Origin: Pyrinomonadaceae bacterium
GTDB taxonomy: Bacteria; Acidobacteriota; Blastocatellia; Pyrinomonadales; Pyrinomonadaceae
Direction: 5' to 3'
DNA: 42,835 nucleotides
Assembly (NCBI GenBank): GCA_036399115.1
Contig: DASWNS010000222.1
Span: forward strand, 1-42,835
In this document: positions 19,631 through 28,337 of the stretch, one piece after another
Numbering within the stretch: the stretch's first letter is position 1
Layout: the number at the start of each line of letters is the position of its first letter
Notes under the pieces: model-generated
Database searches by the model: none
What the model saw: the letters and a program-made list of their open reading frames with translations, nothing else
Told to the model about the DNA's origin: nothing
Program-made: the position numbers and the translations under genes

Positions 19631-20098
19631 CTACTCGGCTGTCGGACGCACCTCCCGCTCTACAGTCTTGTAGAGGCCGGGTGTCAGGTGTGGGCTGCCG
19701 TATTTGAGCAGCAACTGTTCGATCCGCCTGTCTTTATCGGTGAGATACTTGACTTGTCGCCCGTCATCGTAGCGAACCCTGCCCCGGTAAACCGTGATCG
19801 CGCTCCTCTTTCCGGCCACGGGGCTGGTCATGTTCACCTGAAAGCCCCGGTAGCCCAAGCCGTCAAAGAAGTCGCACGGGTCGGCGGCTGGCAACCCTTT
19901 GACGATGACAAGCAAGTTCCCCGTCTGCTCTTCGGTGAGCGACCAGGTGGGATTCTTCCTCCCGCTAAAGATGTCCAGCGTGACCTTTGCCTGTCGGTCT
20001 GCCTTATTGTTTCTACCGCCCAAGTGCGACCTCTTTTGCTGACTCACGGTTAAGGTACAAGCCAAAAGTAACGCAAGGGTTAAGACAAATACTTTCAT
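19631..20098 (-). CDS. Secreted protein, paralogue of the N-terminal module of the upstream gene
   Basis: The ATG at 20098 follows GAGGAG. The signal peptide is MKVFVLTLALLLACTLTVSQ. It shares DIFSGRxNPxWxLT ... LGYRGF with the 20128-21135 product. Confidence 0.65.
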   Translation of the reverse strand: MKVFVLTLALLLACTLTVSQQKRSHLGGRNNKADRQAKVTLDIFSGRKNPTWSLTEEQTGNLLVIVKGLPAADPCDFFDGLGYRGFQVNMTSPVAGKRSAITVYRGRVRYDDGRQVKYLTDKDRRIEQLLLKYGSPHLTPGLYKTVEREVRPTAE

Positions 20099-20127
20099 CG
20101 TCAATTGCTCCTCATTTGCACGCGGGA

Positions 20128-21135
20128 TCAGCGTACAGTGTAATTGGTCGGGAAATACCTGTAGGAGCAGAAGATCGTGTATGGCCCACGATCACAGGTA
20201 TAAGGGTCGGTAATCCAGTAGCCGCTGCTGTCGTAGTTGCGCGCAGAGGTTTTGCCGGGTTTGTGGCACCAGTGGCCGTTGGCGCACTTGCGATACCAGT
20301 GGAAATCGCCTGATAACGGGTCGGACGTATAGGGCCAGATGACCAGCGCGGCGTAATACTGTGTGCTCGTCCAGCAGTTGAGATTAAACCCGTCGTAGGA
20401 TGCGGCGTAGCCGATCTGTCCCGGCGAATTGCCGCAGGCCAGATCGTACCATTCGACGTTCGCCTTGCGCCCCGGCTGCGCGAACGTGTCGCTGCGGTAG
20501 TTGGCAGCGAAGTTATAACAGTTGTTGTTCTGCATCACGTAAGGGTCGGAGTTCCAGTAGGTAAAGTTCGTGTCGCTTGTGTAACTGAAAGCCCCGCAGG
20601 CCAGCGCGCTCATGCTGTCGCTTGCCGCTTTATCATTTATCTGCCCCTCTTCGCTCGAAGGAGTTCCGCGACCGTCGGGATCGGGAACGATGATCGTCCC
20701 ATCAATGAGCGGCTCGTGACGGTTGGCGGGCGTCAGAGGTGGCCCGTTCTCCGCATACTCGGCTCGAATCCAACGCTGTGTCCAGGCGTAGTTTGCGGCA
20801 TCGATGTACTCTTGAGCCACTTTGAGCACCTCATCAGCCGCTGTCTGTCCGGCATTAGCCGTATTGAGCAAAAACGTCTCCGTCTCCCCTCCCCGCTCGT
20901 GCCCCGCGCTGATAAAGAAACTCGGCGGTATGCCTGCCGCGTGCCAACGGTTGGCGCGCTCCCCGCCCACTTTGATGCCGAATCCCCGGTATCCGAGATG
21001 CCCCACTTTTCGTGGAGGTGCTGACATGTCCTTGTCAGCCATGACGCGAGAAAACAGTTCATTCTCCTCTTTGTTCGTGAGCGTCCAGAGCGGATTGGGA
21101 CGCCCCGAGAAGATGTCCAACTCGATAGTAATCAT
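20128..21135 (-). CDS. Cys/aromatic-rich protein, possible papain/transglutaminase-fold cysteine peptidase with N-terminal DIFSGR module
   Basis: The ATG at 21135 follows AGGAGAGGAAACCATT. The N-terminus is MITIELDIFSGRPNPLWTLT...HLGYRGFGIKV. The C-terminal half contains QNNNCYNFAAN (candidate nucleophile Cys), then GDFHWYRKCANGHWCHKPG and NYDSSG (candidate His and Asp). The fold assignment is by eye only. Confidence 0.6.
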   Translation of the reverse strand: MITIELDIFSGRPNPLWTLTNKEENELFSRVMADKDMSAPPRKVGHLGYRGFGIKVGGERANRWHAAGIPPSFFISAGHERGGETETFLLNTANAGQTAADEVLKVAQEYIDAANYAWTQRWIRAEYAENGPPLTPANRHEPLIDGTIIVPDPDGRGTPSSEEGQINDKAASDSMSALACGAFSYTSDTNFTYWNSDPYVMQNNNCYNFAANYRSDTFAQPGRKANVEWYDLACGNSPGQIGYAASYDGFNLNCWTSTQYYAALVIWPYTSDPLSGDFHWYRKCANGHWCHKPGKTSARNYDSSGYWITDPYTCDRGPYTIFCSYRYFPTNYTVR

Positions 21136-21597
21136 AATGGTTTCCTCTCCTGTAGAGGCTTGTTGCAGAGAAGAATGCCTACAGTGCAATCTCCTCTGAT
21201 AGGTGATTTTGTGAGTCAGGGTGAAAAGCAACTTCCGCCCGGGGACAAGAAGTATGGAGCACTAATGCAGACGACACCGATTGAGGTGTTGACCGATGCG
21301 TTTAACGTTCGGAGCTAGGGATAGAGGAATCCCACGTCTGAAAAAAGGAGCTTCTATTCAAACAGTTGTGACCTCAGGGGTTGTAAGGTAAAAGAGTTAA
21401 CGAGTAGAGGGCTCGGTAACGATTTAAGGGGAAATAGCGTTGCCGACTCTACTCCCACCGGATGGGGATGTCAATAAAAATTTAGTCTGACCGCTTATCA
21501 CTTTTGAGGGTAGTGATGTTATGAAGCAGGCACCTCCAACTCATGTGTGAGCTGCGATAAACTCCTGTTGCGCATGAGATCGCCAGGGGAGGTGCCT

Positions 21598-22638
21598 ATG
21601 ACAACCTATTGTGGCGTGGACTGCACGCTCGTCAACAGACTATTTGTTACTGCGACACAGTCGACGGCCTCATCCAGTGCCGCGAACGGCATCACAACCG
21701 GGATGATGTTCGTGCCTTCTACGCTCAGTCCACAGGTGACGTGGTCGTCAGCTTGGAAGCCAGCGGCTACAGCACTTGGTTCGTCGAACTGCTGGAGAGT
21801 CTTGGTCATGAGGTCTTCATCGGTGATGCGACCGGGATTCGCCGTCGCGCACGCCGCAGACACAAGACAGACCGTCGCGATGCCGAGCTGCTGCTCGACC
21901 TGCGGCTGCGACAAGAGTTCCCGCAGGTGCATCTGCCTGCGTTTGAAAGTCGGGAGATATTGCGGCTCCTGCGCTACCGTCACCGGCTGGTGCAGATGCG
22001 CACCAAGTGTAAGAACAGCTTGTAGGGGCTGGCCTTCAGTGCAGGCTTCGGCCAAGCGAGCGACGCTGTTGAGTCACATGGGGCGTGAGCGTTTCCTCGA
22101 ACTGCCGATGAGCGCGGCGATGGCGCGGCAACGAAGCGAATGGCTTGCTTTCGTGGCACAGTTCGATGAACGCATCCATGAACTCGATGGCTGGTTTACC
22201 GGGCAAGCCCGGCAGGATGAACGGGTGCTCAGATTACAGACTCATCCGGGCATCGGGTTGCTCACTTCGCTGGCGCTGGTGTATGGGCTGGAACCGATGT
22301 CGCGCTTTGCCGGAGGCAGACATGTCGCCGCTTATGTCGGACTCGAACCGATGGAATACTCGTCGGGAGGTAAACAAAAGTTCGGCTTCATGAGTAAAGG
22401 CGGGTCACGACTCTTGCGCTATCTGCTAGTGGAAGCGGCGCAAACAGCGGTGAGAAGAGACAAGCAGTTAAAGAGATTCTATCTGCGGCTCTGCAATGAA
22501 CGAGGCGCGCAGAAAGCGAAAGTCGCGGCGGCGCGAAAGCTGTTGATTCGCAGCTACATCCTTTTGCGTGACGGAATAGATTACGCGGAGTTCCTCGCAA
22601 GAGGTGTCGAAGCACGGCCTGCCCGGCTTGCAACATAG
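21598..22638 (+). pseudogene. IS110-family transposase, decayed (copy 2: frameshift, in-frame TAG, second frameshift)
   Basis: The ATG at 21598 gives MTTYCGVD. A 1-nt shift follows into LHARQQTICYCDTVDGLI...RRDAELLLDL...RHRLVQMRTKCKNSL, which ends at the TAG at 22023. A further shift reads ATLLSHMGRERFLELPMS...THPGIGLLTSLALVY...YVGLEPMEYSSGGKQKFGFMSKGGSRLLRYLLVEAAQ. It is unrelated at the nucleotide level to copy 1. Confidence 0.8.
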
Positions 22639-22721
22639 GCTTTGATGCCTGAGGTTTGTGATTGGGCGACCGGCCTCTTCCCGCAGGGGAGAGAGCGAAG
22701 TAAACCTCATGGGCCTTTTGT

Positions 22722-23566
22722 GGCAGTGTTGCAAAGTTTATTGTAGAGCGCAGAAGGTCACAAGCAACCCTTCATCATGCCGCTATCTGAAACAGTGAAG
22801 CGACGCACTTCGCCTGTCCCTGTGAATCACCTCCCGTTAACCTTTTGACCTGACTTTTCCTCATCATGTTTGCGGCTTCAATGCCTTCCAGTGTTCGTTC
22901 AGCGGTGTGAAATCGCCTGAAGCATTGTGATGCCTGTACCTTCTTCTTGATAAAGCGGTGATCCTGCTCAATTACATTGTTCAGGTATTTCAAGCGCCGC
23001 AGTTTGCAGTCCTTCGGTACAATTCGCTCTACTTGTGAAGTGCTGAAGGCCTCAGGATAAGCCGCGTTCTTATCCACTGAGATGGAGAATGGGAGCCTCC
23101 GATGCTCGGCTCTCATCATCTTCTTGAAGAATCGTTTCGCCGCGCAAACATCGCGTTTCGCTGAGAGCATGAACTCAATGGTTTGTCCTTGCTTATCGAC
23201 CGCGCGATATAGGTACTTACAGATCTTCCCGACTTTGATGTAGGTTTCATCCACCCGATAGGATGTGCCGCTCATCTTCAAATGAGGACGAATGCCGCTT
23301 GTTGATTTCAGGGGCATATCTCTGAACCCAGCGAAAGATAGTTGAGTGATCCACATCAAGCCCACGCTCCTGCATCATCTCTTCAACATCACGATAAGAA
23401 AGTTGGTACCGGCAGTACCAGCGGACACATAAAAGAATCAGGGTGGGATCGAAGTGGCGCCACTTAAAGGGCGAGGAGTTATGCTTCATGAACAGTCCCG
23501 ATGAGATGAGTTGAGAGTATCTGAGGGAGAGATAATACTAGAAAGACTATTCTTGCAACACTATCC
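22722..23566 (-). mobile_element. IS6-family insertion sequence, full length (845 bp) with both terminal repeats
   Basis: One end is GGCAGTGTTGCAAAG at 22722. The other end, finishing at 23566, is CTTGCAACACTATCC (the complement of GGATAGTGTTGCAAG). The 8-nt flanks CCTTTTGT and CCGATAGT do not form a target-site duplication. Confidence 0.85.
22775..23489 (-). pseudogene. IS6-family DDE transposase with a single 1-nt frameshift
   Basis: The 23489 frame reads MKHNSSPFKWRHFDPTLILLCVRWYCRYQLSYRDVEEMMQERGLDVDHSTIFRWVQRYAPEINKR. The other frame continues with IRPHLKMSGTSYRVDETYIKVGKICKYLYRAVDKQGQTIEFML...NNVIEQDHRFIKKKV. The shift sits at about 23295 (AAGCGGCATTCG). Confidence 0.85.
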
Positions 23567-23886
23567 CCGATAGTTGAATAGAAACCGCTTGTCGCGTTAT
23601 TCATAAAATTCATAAAATAAGCATTATCGGAATTAGCCTACGATCACATTGACGACCTATTTTAACTCCGATTAAATATGAATTAATAAGTGTGAAACAG
23701 GCTGTGTAACAAATGTTTGAAATGTTTTTTTATCACTGTGTCGGGACACTATTTCATGGTGCCGTTACTCTTTGAACAGGTGCCTTATCGTAAGTTTTAG
23801 AAGTGATAATACGTAGAGCTTTTCTGAAGCTAATGACCTTCAACAATTCTTACAGAGGAAACTTCGTACAAACATTGCCCGTTAGA

Positions 23887-24708
23887 TTAATTCCCTTTCG
23901 CTCGTTCATGATTGCATCGCTTTACACCGCCAGCTTTACCTTCGGGATAGAAGAAACCTGTCCCGAGGCAATCCGGGCAGTTTAATAAATTAGGCGAAGC
24001 CGACTCCCCTTTTTGATCTATATTTATATTCTTATCTATATTGGTGCTCTGTTGTAGCTGGCTGCTCTTGTGTGGCTGCCTGCTCTGTTGTAGTTGGCTG
24101 CTCCGTGAAAGCTGCCAGCTTGGGGCATGCACTATATACTCAACTCCTTGCTCCTTTCCAAATCCCTGTATATTTCCGGTCTTCTCAATCAGCCCTTTAG
24201 CGATGAGTTTCGCTACTACTTTCTTGACTTGTGCAAGTGACATATTCGCCCGCTCTGCAAGCCTGGGGTTGCTGACTCGACAACGATTTTGCTTCCATCC
24301 CCACGATAATCGACAAAGTTGCATATAGGCAGCTTGTTCAAACGGGTCGAGGTGCCTGAATAGATGATCTAGCAGCTGGAAAGGTGTCTCCATATGCCCT
24401 TTGGCGTCCGGCAAGGATGCTAATAAATTGACGCGGCTTTCTTGTAGCTGGCTGCTCTGGAGTGGCTGGCTGCTATCGGGTGGCTGGGTTGGGTTGGCCT
24501 CACGGCTCTGCGGTAGCTGGCTGCTCTGCGGTAGCTGGCTGCTATCATAGCCGCCACGTGGCTGCTCTGATAGCTGGCTGCTTTCCTGTGGCCGGGAGCT
24601 TTCTTGTGGCTGGCTGCTCCGTAATGGCTGGCTCTCCTCTGGACGGGATGGTTCTTTCTCAGTTTTAGCAGGTGGAGCGGCGTTGACTAATCGCGCGAAT
24701 CTACTCAT
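23887..24708 (-). CDS. Winged-helix (replication-organiser/DnaD-like HTH) protein with SSQ(L/P)Q repeats and C-terminal CxxCxGxG zinc-finger motif
   Basis: The HTH region is FQLLDHLFRHLDPFEQAAYMQLCRLSWGWKQNRCRVSNPRLAERANMSLAQVKKVVAKLIAKGLIEKTG. The C-terminus reads NCPDCLGTGFFYPEGKAGGVKRCNH. The N-terminus is low-complexity (PQESS and SSQLPQ repeats). Its ATG overlaps the upstream stop codon (TAATG). Confidence 0.7.
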   Translation of the reverse strand: MSRFARLVNAAPPAKTEKEPSRPEESQPLRSSQPQESSRPQESSQLSEQPRGGYDSSQLPQSSQLPQSREANPTQPPDSSQPLQSSQLQESRVNLLASLPDAKGHMETPFQLLDHLFRHLDPFEQAAYMQLCRLSWGWKQNRCRVSNPRLAERANMSLAQVKKVVAKLIAKGLIEKTGNIQGFGKEQGVEYIVHAPSWQLSRSSQLQQSRQPHKSSQLQQSTNIDKNINIDQKGESASPNLLNCPDCLGTGFFYPEGKAGGVKRCNHERAKGN

Positions 24709-25511
24709 TAAACTGCCACCTCGGGCACAGTATCGGAAATGAGTTCAGGATCGATTGTGCGCGCCCCTTCCATTAGCATCATTTCATACGCAAGCGCAGC
24801 GACCTTGAGGACGGAACGAGGAATACCTTTTGTGACAACATACAGTTTCTCTACCGCTTCAGTAGTGAAAGGGTTGTTAATACTTTCGTGCTTACAACGG
24901 TGTGCCAGCATGCCGCCTGTCTCTTCAAGCGTAAGGGGGTCTAAGACTGAATAGGTTGAGATACGGCTGTAAAGAGCACGGTTCTTTTCGCTCTGTAGTT
25001 TCTCGCGCAACTCTAGCTGACCGGCGAGCACGATCTGAACGAGCTTATGCGTATGTGTCTCGAAGTTGAGCAGCCCGCGCACAAGTTCAAGTTGCGCGTT
25101 GTCAAGCACTTGAGCCTCGTCTACGAAAATCACGACGTTCTTACCGGCCTCATAGCGATCTATCAACCACCGTTCAAGTTCGTCACGTTGCTGTGTGAGC
25201 GACCGTTTACCGTCCACACCCAGATCAGTAGCCATGTATTTGAGGAAAGCAAAGGGGGAAGGGAACTTGGGGGTGGGTACGAGGGTCGTTAGGCAGTTCT
25301 CATTCGCCGCATACTCTCCGAAAAGATAGCGGAGTAGGGTACTTTTACCCAATCCTACATCGCCGAGCAGTGCGCACAATCCCTGCCGCTTATTAACCGT
25401 GAATCGCACCTTAGCCAGCACGGCCTTCAGGCCAGGCGTAATATGAAGGGTATTAGGATTCGGCGAGATACTGAACGGAGTATAGTCGTCGATAGAGGGA
25501 GCACTTGTCAT
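24708..25511 (-). CDS. ExeA/TniB-like AAA+ ATPase (AAA_22-type)
   Basis: Walker A is GDVGLGKSTLLRYL and Walker B is VVIFVDEAQVL. LVQIVLAGQLELREKL, LYSRISTYSVLDPLTLEE and TKGIPRSVLKVA match the ExeA/GspA-like consensus. Confidence 0.85.
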   Translation of the reverse strand: MTSAPSIDDYTPFSISPNPNTLHITPGLKAVLAKVRFTVNKRQGLCALLGDVGLGKSTLLRYLFGEYAANENCLTTLVPTPKFPSPFAFLKYMATDLGVDGKRSLTQQRDELERWLIDRYEAGKNVVIFVDEAQVLDNAQLELVRGLLNFETHTHKLVQIVLAGQLELREKLQSEKNRALYSRISTYSVLDPLTLEETGGMLAHRCKHESINNPFTTEAVEKLYVVTKGIPRSVLKVAALAYEMMLMEGARTIDPELISDTVPEVAV

Positions 25512-26127
25512 AATAGCGCGACTTTATCATTCCTTGAGATTACAATCAATGACAACTTTTGTTAAATACAGCCTTAACTCTGTCAACTAGGGGGTGAATA
25601 GTATAACTGGTATGGTAAATTGGCAAAACTAATGGGGAAGGTAACTCACATCCTGAACTTAATTTTAGAATATCGCACAAACATCCCTATGGGGGCAGCA
25701 ATGAGCGCGACGGATTACGTCGCCAGACACTTTCTGCTGTTGAACGGCGTAAACCAGGTGGCTACAGGGGGAGCGAAATATTCGACTTTCTACGCTATCG
25801 TTGTCGGTGAGTTGTCAGAAGAGGAACCGGCGAATTTGGTGAGCACCTCTGGAAAGCGCGAGCAGAGAGGATGAATAGTACTGACTCGGTTACAGAGTCC
25901 TTCATTAGGGATGCATTCAATTAATTAAACGTGCGGGATAAAGCTAGTGGCAGAGTCATTCAAATTTGAGTCTCAAGTTTGCCGATAAATTGATGCGTGC
26001 GGGTGGCGTCGGTCAGCTCGGCGTAAGCATTGGCAAACTCGGCGCGCGTCATGGAGTCTTCGGTAAAGGCTACTCAAGACATAGAAGGCCGTGGTTACCA
26101 AGACATTCGGAAACCATCGGGCGGAAC

Positions 26128-26778
26128 TCATCTCCTGTTTTCGAGACGCTTGATCTCTCCCTCTTCTGCCATGAACAAACTTCCATCTTCGCCGTCAATC
26201 TCATACCCGATTATTTCACCCGAATCATAACCCTGACGAATACGCCCTCTGCCGCGTTTGGTAGTAACCCGTTCGCCCTTCCTGAATTTGAATATCGTCG
26301 TTGCGTCCGGGCTATCCAACGTCTTTAGACTGTCGCGCCAGTTTGTCCCGGCACGCCAATGAATGTGGAACGGGCCGACTCCCTGAACTTGAACAATCGC
26401 TGCCTCGGGCGTGTAGCCGAACATCGTGCTCCCTTTTGGAATGAATGCGTAACTTCCGGCCTTCATCTCCTTGAGAGCCGCGCGGTCAAATTTATCTCCC
26501 ACGCCGAAATATAGTGTCCCTTGCACCACCGTAATATGCTCGTCCACAGGATGTTTGTGCGGAGGGATGACGCCGCCGGCAAGCTCCCGGATTCGCATCA
26601 CGAAAGGCTCGCCCACCTTTTCAGGGTCGCCATATAGAATTTCGACATCTTGAGACATCTGCTTGATGGGGATAATGCGGTGCCCGCCAGTCTCTATGGA
26701 CTGTCCCGACCCGATACTCGAAGCGTTGCAAATTACAAAGCAGCTCAGGGCTAACGTGTAGATGACTCGCTTCAACAT
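26128..26778 (-). CDS. Secreted cupin-domain protein with small C-terminal extension
   Basis: The signal peptide is MLKRVIYTLALSCFVICNASS. The cupin motif is IPPHKHPVDEHITVVQGTLYFGVGD. Confidence 0.75.
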   Translation of the reverse strand: MLKRVIYTLALSCFVICNASSIGSGQSIETGGHRIIPIKQMSQDVEILYGDPEKVGEPFVMRIRELAGGVIPPHKHPVDEHITVVQGTLYFGVGDKFDRAALKEMKAGSYAFIPKGSTMFGYTPEAAIVQVQGVGPFHIHWRAGTNWRDSLKTLDSPDATTIFKFRKGERVTTKRGRGRIRQGYDSGEIIGYEIDGEDGSLFMAEEGEIKRLENRR

Positions 26779-26951
26779 TCCGGCACCTCCGACAGAAAGA
26801 TTCTTTTAAGACTCTCACGCACGAGTTAACCTGCGCCGAGCGCAAGCACCAACTCTAAGCGAGCAAAGTACGATAAGAGTGGCATGGAATTGCCTGTGTA
26901 AGTTATTCGGAACAAGTCTCTCGCAGCGAGATATTGAGGCTTAAAGAAATT

Positions 26952-26966
26952 TTTGCGACACTGCCT
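26952..26966 (-). repeat. Solo IS6-type terminal repeat
   Basis: TTTGCGACACTGCC is the complement of GGCAGTGTCGCAAA. With the following AAAAT, it matches the left end of the remnant at 17943 at 15 of 17 positions. No transposase lies next to it. Confidence 0.45.
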
Positions 26967-27072
26967 CGTGGGGCGATAATAGCTGACAGGCTATTTTCAA
27001 CGCTACTCTTTTTTAGTTGGGATCGGAAAGCCTCGATAGAAGAGGTGAGAGATAGGAGCTTCCGAGGTGGAA

Positions 27073-28131
27073 ATGTATATCAGGAAACTTATCGCGATTG
27101 CAGGTTGTCTGGCCGTTTGTGCAATGAGCGCTTTCGCGCAGGGGAGTAAACCGACAGTTAACCGCGATCCGGAGAAGGTCAAATTTGTTACCTCTGACAT
27201 CGACAATTTCTGGCGCGCGTTCGATCTGGCGGCGAAAGAGATTGACAGGGAGAAGAGAATCGCCATCTTCCAAAAAGAATATCTCGATCAGGGCAGTGCA
27301 GGGTTGCAGGACTTCGTGCGGTTAAGAATAAAAAACGCGAAGAGTCTGGTTGAAACAATCGAGAGGCTGCCGAAGTTCTACGCCTCGGTTCGCCACAGCA
27401 CGTCGCGCGTGGCGCAGTTGGAGAAGCCGATGCGACGCAGTTTCCGCAAATTCAAGCAGCTGTATCCTGACGCTGCCTTCCCTGATGTCTATTTCGTGAT
27501 CGGCATCGCGAATACCGGCGGGACGGCGTCGGGAAGCGGCTTGCTCATCGGCGCAGAACTGTACGGGTTAACGCCGGGTACGCCGCGTGAAGAGTTTCCG
27601 GCGTGGTTCAAGACTCTACTGCCCGATGCCGGGGACGAAAAGGAACTGCTGCGGCTGGTTGCGAAGGCTCTCGATACGGCTTTAAAGCCGGTCGAAAAAT
27701 TGCCTTTCACCGTCGCGCACGAGTCCTGTCACTTCAATCAAAACTACCCGAAGCAGGCGACCCTGCTCGAAAAATCAATTCAAGAAGGCGCTTGCGACCT
27801 CATCGCCGAACTGACCGCCGGACAGGTGATCAACCCGACACTAAAGGTCTACGGCGACCGCAACGAAGCCCGCTTGTGGCGAGACTTTCAGGCCGAGATG
27901 AGTGGGACGGATTTGAGCAAGTGGATGTATAACAGTTTCAGGATAAAGGATCGACCGGGCGACCTCGGCTACTACATGGGCTACAAAATCTCACAGGCGT
28001 ATTACCGGAACGCGAAGGACAAACGACAGGCAATCAGAGACATTTTGAACATCAAAGACTTTCAAGGTTTTTTCCAGAGAAGCCGTTACGATGAAAAGTT
28101 TGCAGCGCACGGTGCGAAGGCGCATCCTTGA
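27073..28131 (+). CDS. Secreted DUF2268-like predicted zinc protease
   Basis: The signal peptide is YIRKLIAIAGCLAVCAMSAFAQG. The HExxH motif appears as VAHESCH, and the overall layout resembles DUF2268. A GTG at 27067 is an alternative start. Confidence 0.6.
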   Translation: MYIRKLIAIAGCLAVCAMSAFAQGSKPTVNRDPEKVKFVTSDIDNFWRAFDLAAKEIDREKRIAIFQKEYLDQGSAGLQDFVRLRIKNAKSLVETIERLPKFYASVRHSTSRVAQLEKPMRRSFRKFKQLYPDAAFPDVYFVIGIANTGGTASGSGLLIGAELYGLTPGTPREEFPAWFKTLLPDAGDEKELLRLVAKALDTALKPVEKLPFTVAHESCHFNQNYPKQATLLEKSIQEGACDLIAELTAGQVINPTLKVYGDRNEARLWRDFQAEMSGTDLSKWMYNSFRIKDRPGDLGYYMGYKISQAYYRNAKDKRQAIRDILNIKDFQGFFQRSRYDEKFAAHGAKAHP

Positions 28132-28337
28132 AAACGAAGCCTCACGCCCTGCAATGCACCCGACGTATGGATGCGTGCGTTGATTCCGATTCTCTTCATG
28201 CGGGTAGGCAATAGGATGTCAAGAAAACCGTGGGAAGGAGCGCCGGAGCCTGAGCGTTTCAGGGTGTCTTGAATGGTGAAAACGGGGTATCATTTGAACC
28301 CAAGTTTGATGACGCCTGTCGTAATACTAAACTGAGG

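Noticed and set aside
23285-23310. The possibility that the split IS6 transposase (22775-23489) uses programmed ribosomal frameshifting.
   Set aside because: IS6-family transposases are normally single ORFs. No slippery heptamer is visible at the junction (AAGCGGCATTCG). The other copy reads through this point in one frame. It is more likely a 1-nt indel or a sequencing error.
24040-24650. Regularly recurring GCTGGCTGCT-type repeats that could be mistaken for a CRISPR-like or tandem array.
   Set aside because: The units are 9-15 nt long, with no unique spacers of CRISPR size. They lie inside an ORF and translate into SSQLQ/PQESS protein repeats. No cas genes are present.
25620-25874. 84-aa + strand ORF divergent from the ATPase operon (a possible small regulator).
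   Set aside because: It has a TTG start, no convincing RBS, no recognisable HTH or other motif, and lies in a low-GC region where random ORFs of this size are plausible. It was left uncalled but is worth a homology search.
25969-26061. 30-aa minus-strand ORF (MTRAEFANAYAELTDATRTHQFIGKLETQI) next to the cupin gene.
   Set aside because: It is too short, has no RBS, and a stop codon lies immediately upstream in frame. It is possibly a gene fragment but is not supportable.
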